A DNA stretch of 37,514 bases from Octopus bimaculoides (taxonomy: Eukaryota). Positions 34,586 through 37,514 of this stretch are shown here, in pieces (the stretch's first letter is position 1; every line of letters starts with the position of its first letter). The position numbers and the translations under genes were made by a program. The notes beneath the pieces are model-generated. The model saw nothing but the letters and a program-made list of their open reading frames with translations, had not been told where the DNA came from and did no database searches. The stretch lies in assembly GCF_001194135.2 (NCBI RefSeq), contig NC_068984.1, positions 144,194,536 to 144,232,049 of the forward strand. Direction: 5' to 3'.

Positions 34586-34631
34586 GACACCTGATGAAGG
34601 CTGGAGGGTATATCAGCCAAAACATTGTGTT
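34586..34631 (+). ncRNA. Hammerhead motif, copy 4 (degenerate core)
   Basis: GACAC-CTGATGA-A-GGCTG...CAGCC-AAAA-CATT-GTGTT. Both CpG positions have changed to CA. Confidence 0.6.
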
Positions 34632-35899
34632 AACAACAAACAAGATGAGGACAAATATCTGTCAAATGTAAATAAAGTAAATAAGGTACATAATTCTTCA
34701 TCTCTTAAATATAGAACTGTATTGATCCTCATTGTTTTACCTGAACATATGTTTTTCCATGCTGACAGATATTTTAAATGAGCCTGTCGTACAAGTAAAT
34801 GTAGAAATATTCTCCACTGTTGAGGACAAAGTTTCTGAGTCCCAAGTCTTTTCCAGTCTACCTCTACCCAAGATACCATTTCCTACCAGCTCACAATATT
34901 CTTCTATCTGGCAGGATTCAAACATTTATACCACACATCTATACCAAGTCATCTCTTCTACACACACACACACACAATTACCCACTCCACACTCACTTCC
35001 AACTCTCACTTCACAGCTTGTACAGCATGTTGCCCTCATATGTACAGTAATTTAGATTAGAAATATGAGCAATGCAGAAAAACTCTTAATACTAACACAC
35101 ACACACACAATTTAACAGGCAATATTAGAGGAGAATCCATATTTAAAATCTTCATGAAACTCATTATATCACATTATCATTTAACAAATGTGATATCAAC
35201 GATATTCCTGTTAGACAACTGTGTAATGGCATTTATACAACATTGACTGATCAAAACCAATAGAATATATTTTAGTCAACACCAACATGATTATATATAT
35301 GCATAAATATATATACTGAACACACTGATTGCTCTGACAAATGAAATATCAGCAAGTCAGAGATGCATTGTGCTCTTACTTCAATGTTTCGCCATATCAA
35401 CTCACGTGGCAAACCAGATCAACCTGGAATTTGCAGATCTGGTTGCAAACACTGAGCTAGTGGCCTCTATCACTTGGGGTTAAGTTCAACCAGCCAACAC
35501 CAACACACACATACATACATACATATATACAGCTACAGATATTCTACTGAAATCACTCAAAGTAGAGATTACATCATAATTTAAAACAGACAATTTACTT
35601 TGATAGAAATACAGTGACAAGCAGTAGTTCAATACAATTCAATATTTGTTTATCAACTGTTAACAGAAAAAAAAAATTCTCTCTTCAAGGCCCACTTTCT
35701 ATGATTAAGCAATTAGCAAATTAAAATATGGCTCGAACCCTGACCCCAACTTTACATTTCTTCATCATTGCCTACAAATCCACAATTTTCCCATCAAAAA
35801 AATGTCAGCACTGTATAAATTAATTTCTCCTTCTCCCTCACTCTCTCTCTCCAAAACAAATCATTAATACTTTAAAAACTAGTGATATATAAATGAACA

Positions 35900-35934
<35 letters not shown>

Positions 35935-36484
35935 CTGTGAAGATGATAACTAAACACCACTTGTTGTTCCTATATTTATCTTAAAATGTAAAACCCTATA
36001 AAAAATTAAAAAAACAAAGTCTGGGACCAGGGAAAATACAAGACTGACCTTTAAAACTACTGCATATTAGGGAAATATTGAAGTCGAATCCCTAAATGTT
36101 TTACAAGGAAAAATAAATACGTTTTGTTAGTACGGACGTCGTGAAAGAACCCTTGAATAAAAGATTAGTCTGAGATGAAATTTAGGGGTTACGCTGGGGA
36201 GAGAAAAGGTTTAATATTTGACGGAATTTCAGAAATTCTTTAAATGGCCTGACACACATTCAGGGTAGCAATGTTGGTGAGTAATGAACAAATTTGCAAC
36301 GGGTGTAGGAAGTTGAAGCTGTAGATAACAATACAAGTGGTGACGATGAGGTCATGATTAGTTGAAGAGATGCGCAGAAGGAGAGTGAAAGCTAGACTAA
36401 TATATAATAATAATAGAGATAGATATATATATATATATATATATAGATATATACAGGAAGTACATTGTTCAATCGTGCACAAAC

Positions 36485-36921
36485 CTGGATAGGTTGGCTG
36501 ATAAGGGGACGCCTGAGGATAGTGAGGTTGATAAGACGTAGGAGGTTGATAAGACGTAGGAGGTTGATACACTGGTGGTATCAGAGGTGGTGTGGCATAG
36601 CCTGGCTGTTGTACCACACAGCTAGGGTTAAAATGTCCAGTAGTGTCCATATGAGGGGGATATTGACCTAAGGCTATATAAGAGGGAGGTTGTTCTGAAC
36701 TTCCAGCCATATGACCCCCGGGGGCCGCAGAGAAAGGAATTTGGCACTGCAAATGCAGCTCACCATGTTGAGTGGGTACAATGCCTGCTGCGGAGGCATT
36801 CGGTAAAGCCCCGTGTGGTTTTGGATGCGACTTGTCCAACGTCTGACTCTTTAGCTGTTGCTGTTGCTGTAAGGAGAGCTTCATTATTTCGCCCTGTAAA
36901 TCCGTCAAACTTCGGTTTAAT
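36485..36921 (-). CDS. CAMSAP: CAMSAP/Patronin coding exon: CC2 coiled-coil end plus Pro/Gln/Tyr-rich linker (RLNRSLTDLQGEIMKLSLQQQQ...YQPTYP)
   Basis: Acceptor ttttttctattttgagcag|A at 36921 and donor CCAG|gtttgt at 36485. The exon is 437 nt, phase 2 to phase 1, with no stop. The peptide resembles the recalled CAMSAP CC2 pattern (KLNxSLxxLQxEMQRLSLQQ). Confidence 0.85.
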
Positions 36922-37160
36922 CTGCTCAAAATAGAAAAAAGATATTTCAACAAATATCAAACTCGCATTACAACTTCTCTGAACTCGTTAAAAACAATAC
37001 TTCAATGATTGAATACCTACCTGTGGAAAGGTGTTTAAATATTAAACTAGAAAACAGTCCAAGTGACATATCTGCACATCATATTAACTCTATACACGCA
37101 AAGAAAAGTAATTTGTAAAAAGATGACCTTACTTTTAACTAAATATATTCATATTTCTTC

Positions 37161-37470
37161 TACGAGGGTGAGTCAAAAAGTAATGCCATTTTGTTTAGGA
37201 CAGGTATAATTACCAATACAGGAACATGTATCATCCATCAAAATGAAGCTGGTCCTCTGTGGATCACATCCCTACTTCTCACCATAGTCACCGTTTCTCT
37301 CAATAGCAATGTTCCACCTTCGAATGAGAGCATGTACCCCTGCCCCGTAAAATTCTGTTGACTGTTCTTTGAGCCACTTCTTCACTACAGTTTTTCACTT
37401 CCTCGTCACTGGACTATCATCTCTTTGGCCCCACGAAAGAGGGTTTGAGAGGCAAATATTATTCCAGATT
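37161..37470 (-). mobile_element. Mariner transposon 3' end (TIR plus transposase C-terminus remnant)
   Basis: TA followed by CGAGGGTGAGTCAAAAAGTAATG at 37161. The minus strand reads SDEEVK/TVVKKWLKEQSTEFYGAGVHALIRRWNIAIERNGDYGEK* (with a frameshift; stop at 37272-37274), a typical mariner C-terminus. Confidence 0.8.
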
Positions 37471-37514
37471 AGAATACAAATTAAGAATTATTCCGTACAA
37501 TATGAAAAAAAACA

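Larger units (their letters stand above)
34274..34718. mobile_element. Head-to-head inverted pair of the tRNA-head plus hammerhead repeat
   Basis: A minus copy at ~34274-34474 and a plus copy at 34475-34718 are complementary over ~200 nt. Confidence 0.8.

Noticed and set aside
35400-35440. Strong GTGAGT donor with 18 or 33 nt exon candidates
   Set aside because: Both contain TGA in the required phase 1.
1-37514. CRISPR array, rRNA, operons or other prokaryotic systems
   Set aside because: There is no regularly spaced repeat-spacer array or gene-dense region. The sequence is intron-rich animal DNA.

Overview
AT-rich, microsatellite- and SINE-dense eukaryotic genomic DNA. The repeat landscape looks like a coleoid cephalopod, most likely Octopus; this is inferred from recalled repeat families, not from a database search. 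The whole window lies inside one minus-strand gene that I identify as CAMSAP/Patronin (microtubule minus-end binding protein). Four phase-compatible coding exons (36921-36485, 21986-21034, 18831-18707, 16800-16505) encode the CC2 coiled coil, the Pro/Ser-rich linker and the CC3 region. The CH domain and CKK domain were not found and presumably lie outside the window. Downstream of CC3 is a string of candidate symmetric phase-1 cassette exons and microexons (99, 3, 33, 30 and 42 nt). Top finding: a tRNA-headed (Pol III type) repeat family, present four times, whose tail folds into a minimal type I hammerhead ribozyme of the Penelope/retrozyme kind and always occurs in head-to-head inverted arrangements. 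Also notable is a ~500 bp MITE with perfect 34 bp TIRs and an 8 bp TSD that carries a fold-back (CCCTAA)7/(TTAGGG)7 telomeric hairpin. The remainder is SINEs, Helentron-like elements, LINE and mariner remnants and microsatellites. Almost all ORFs in the supplied track are spurious.
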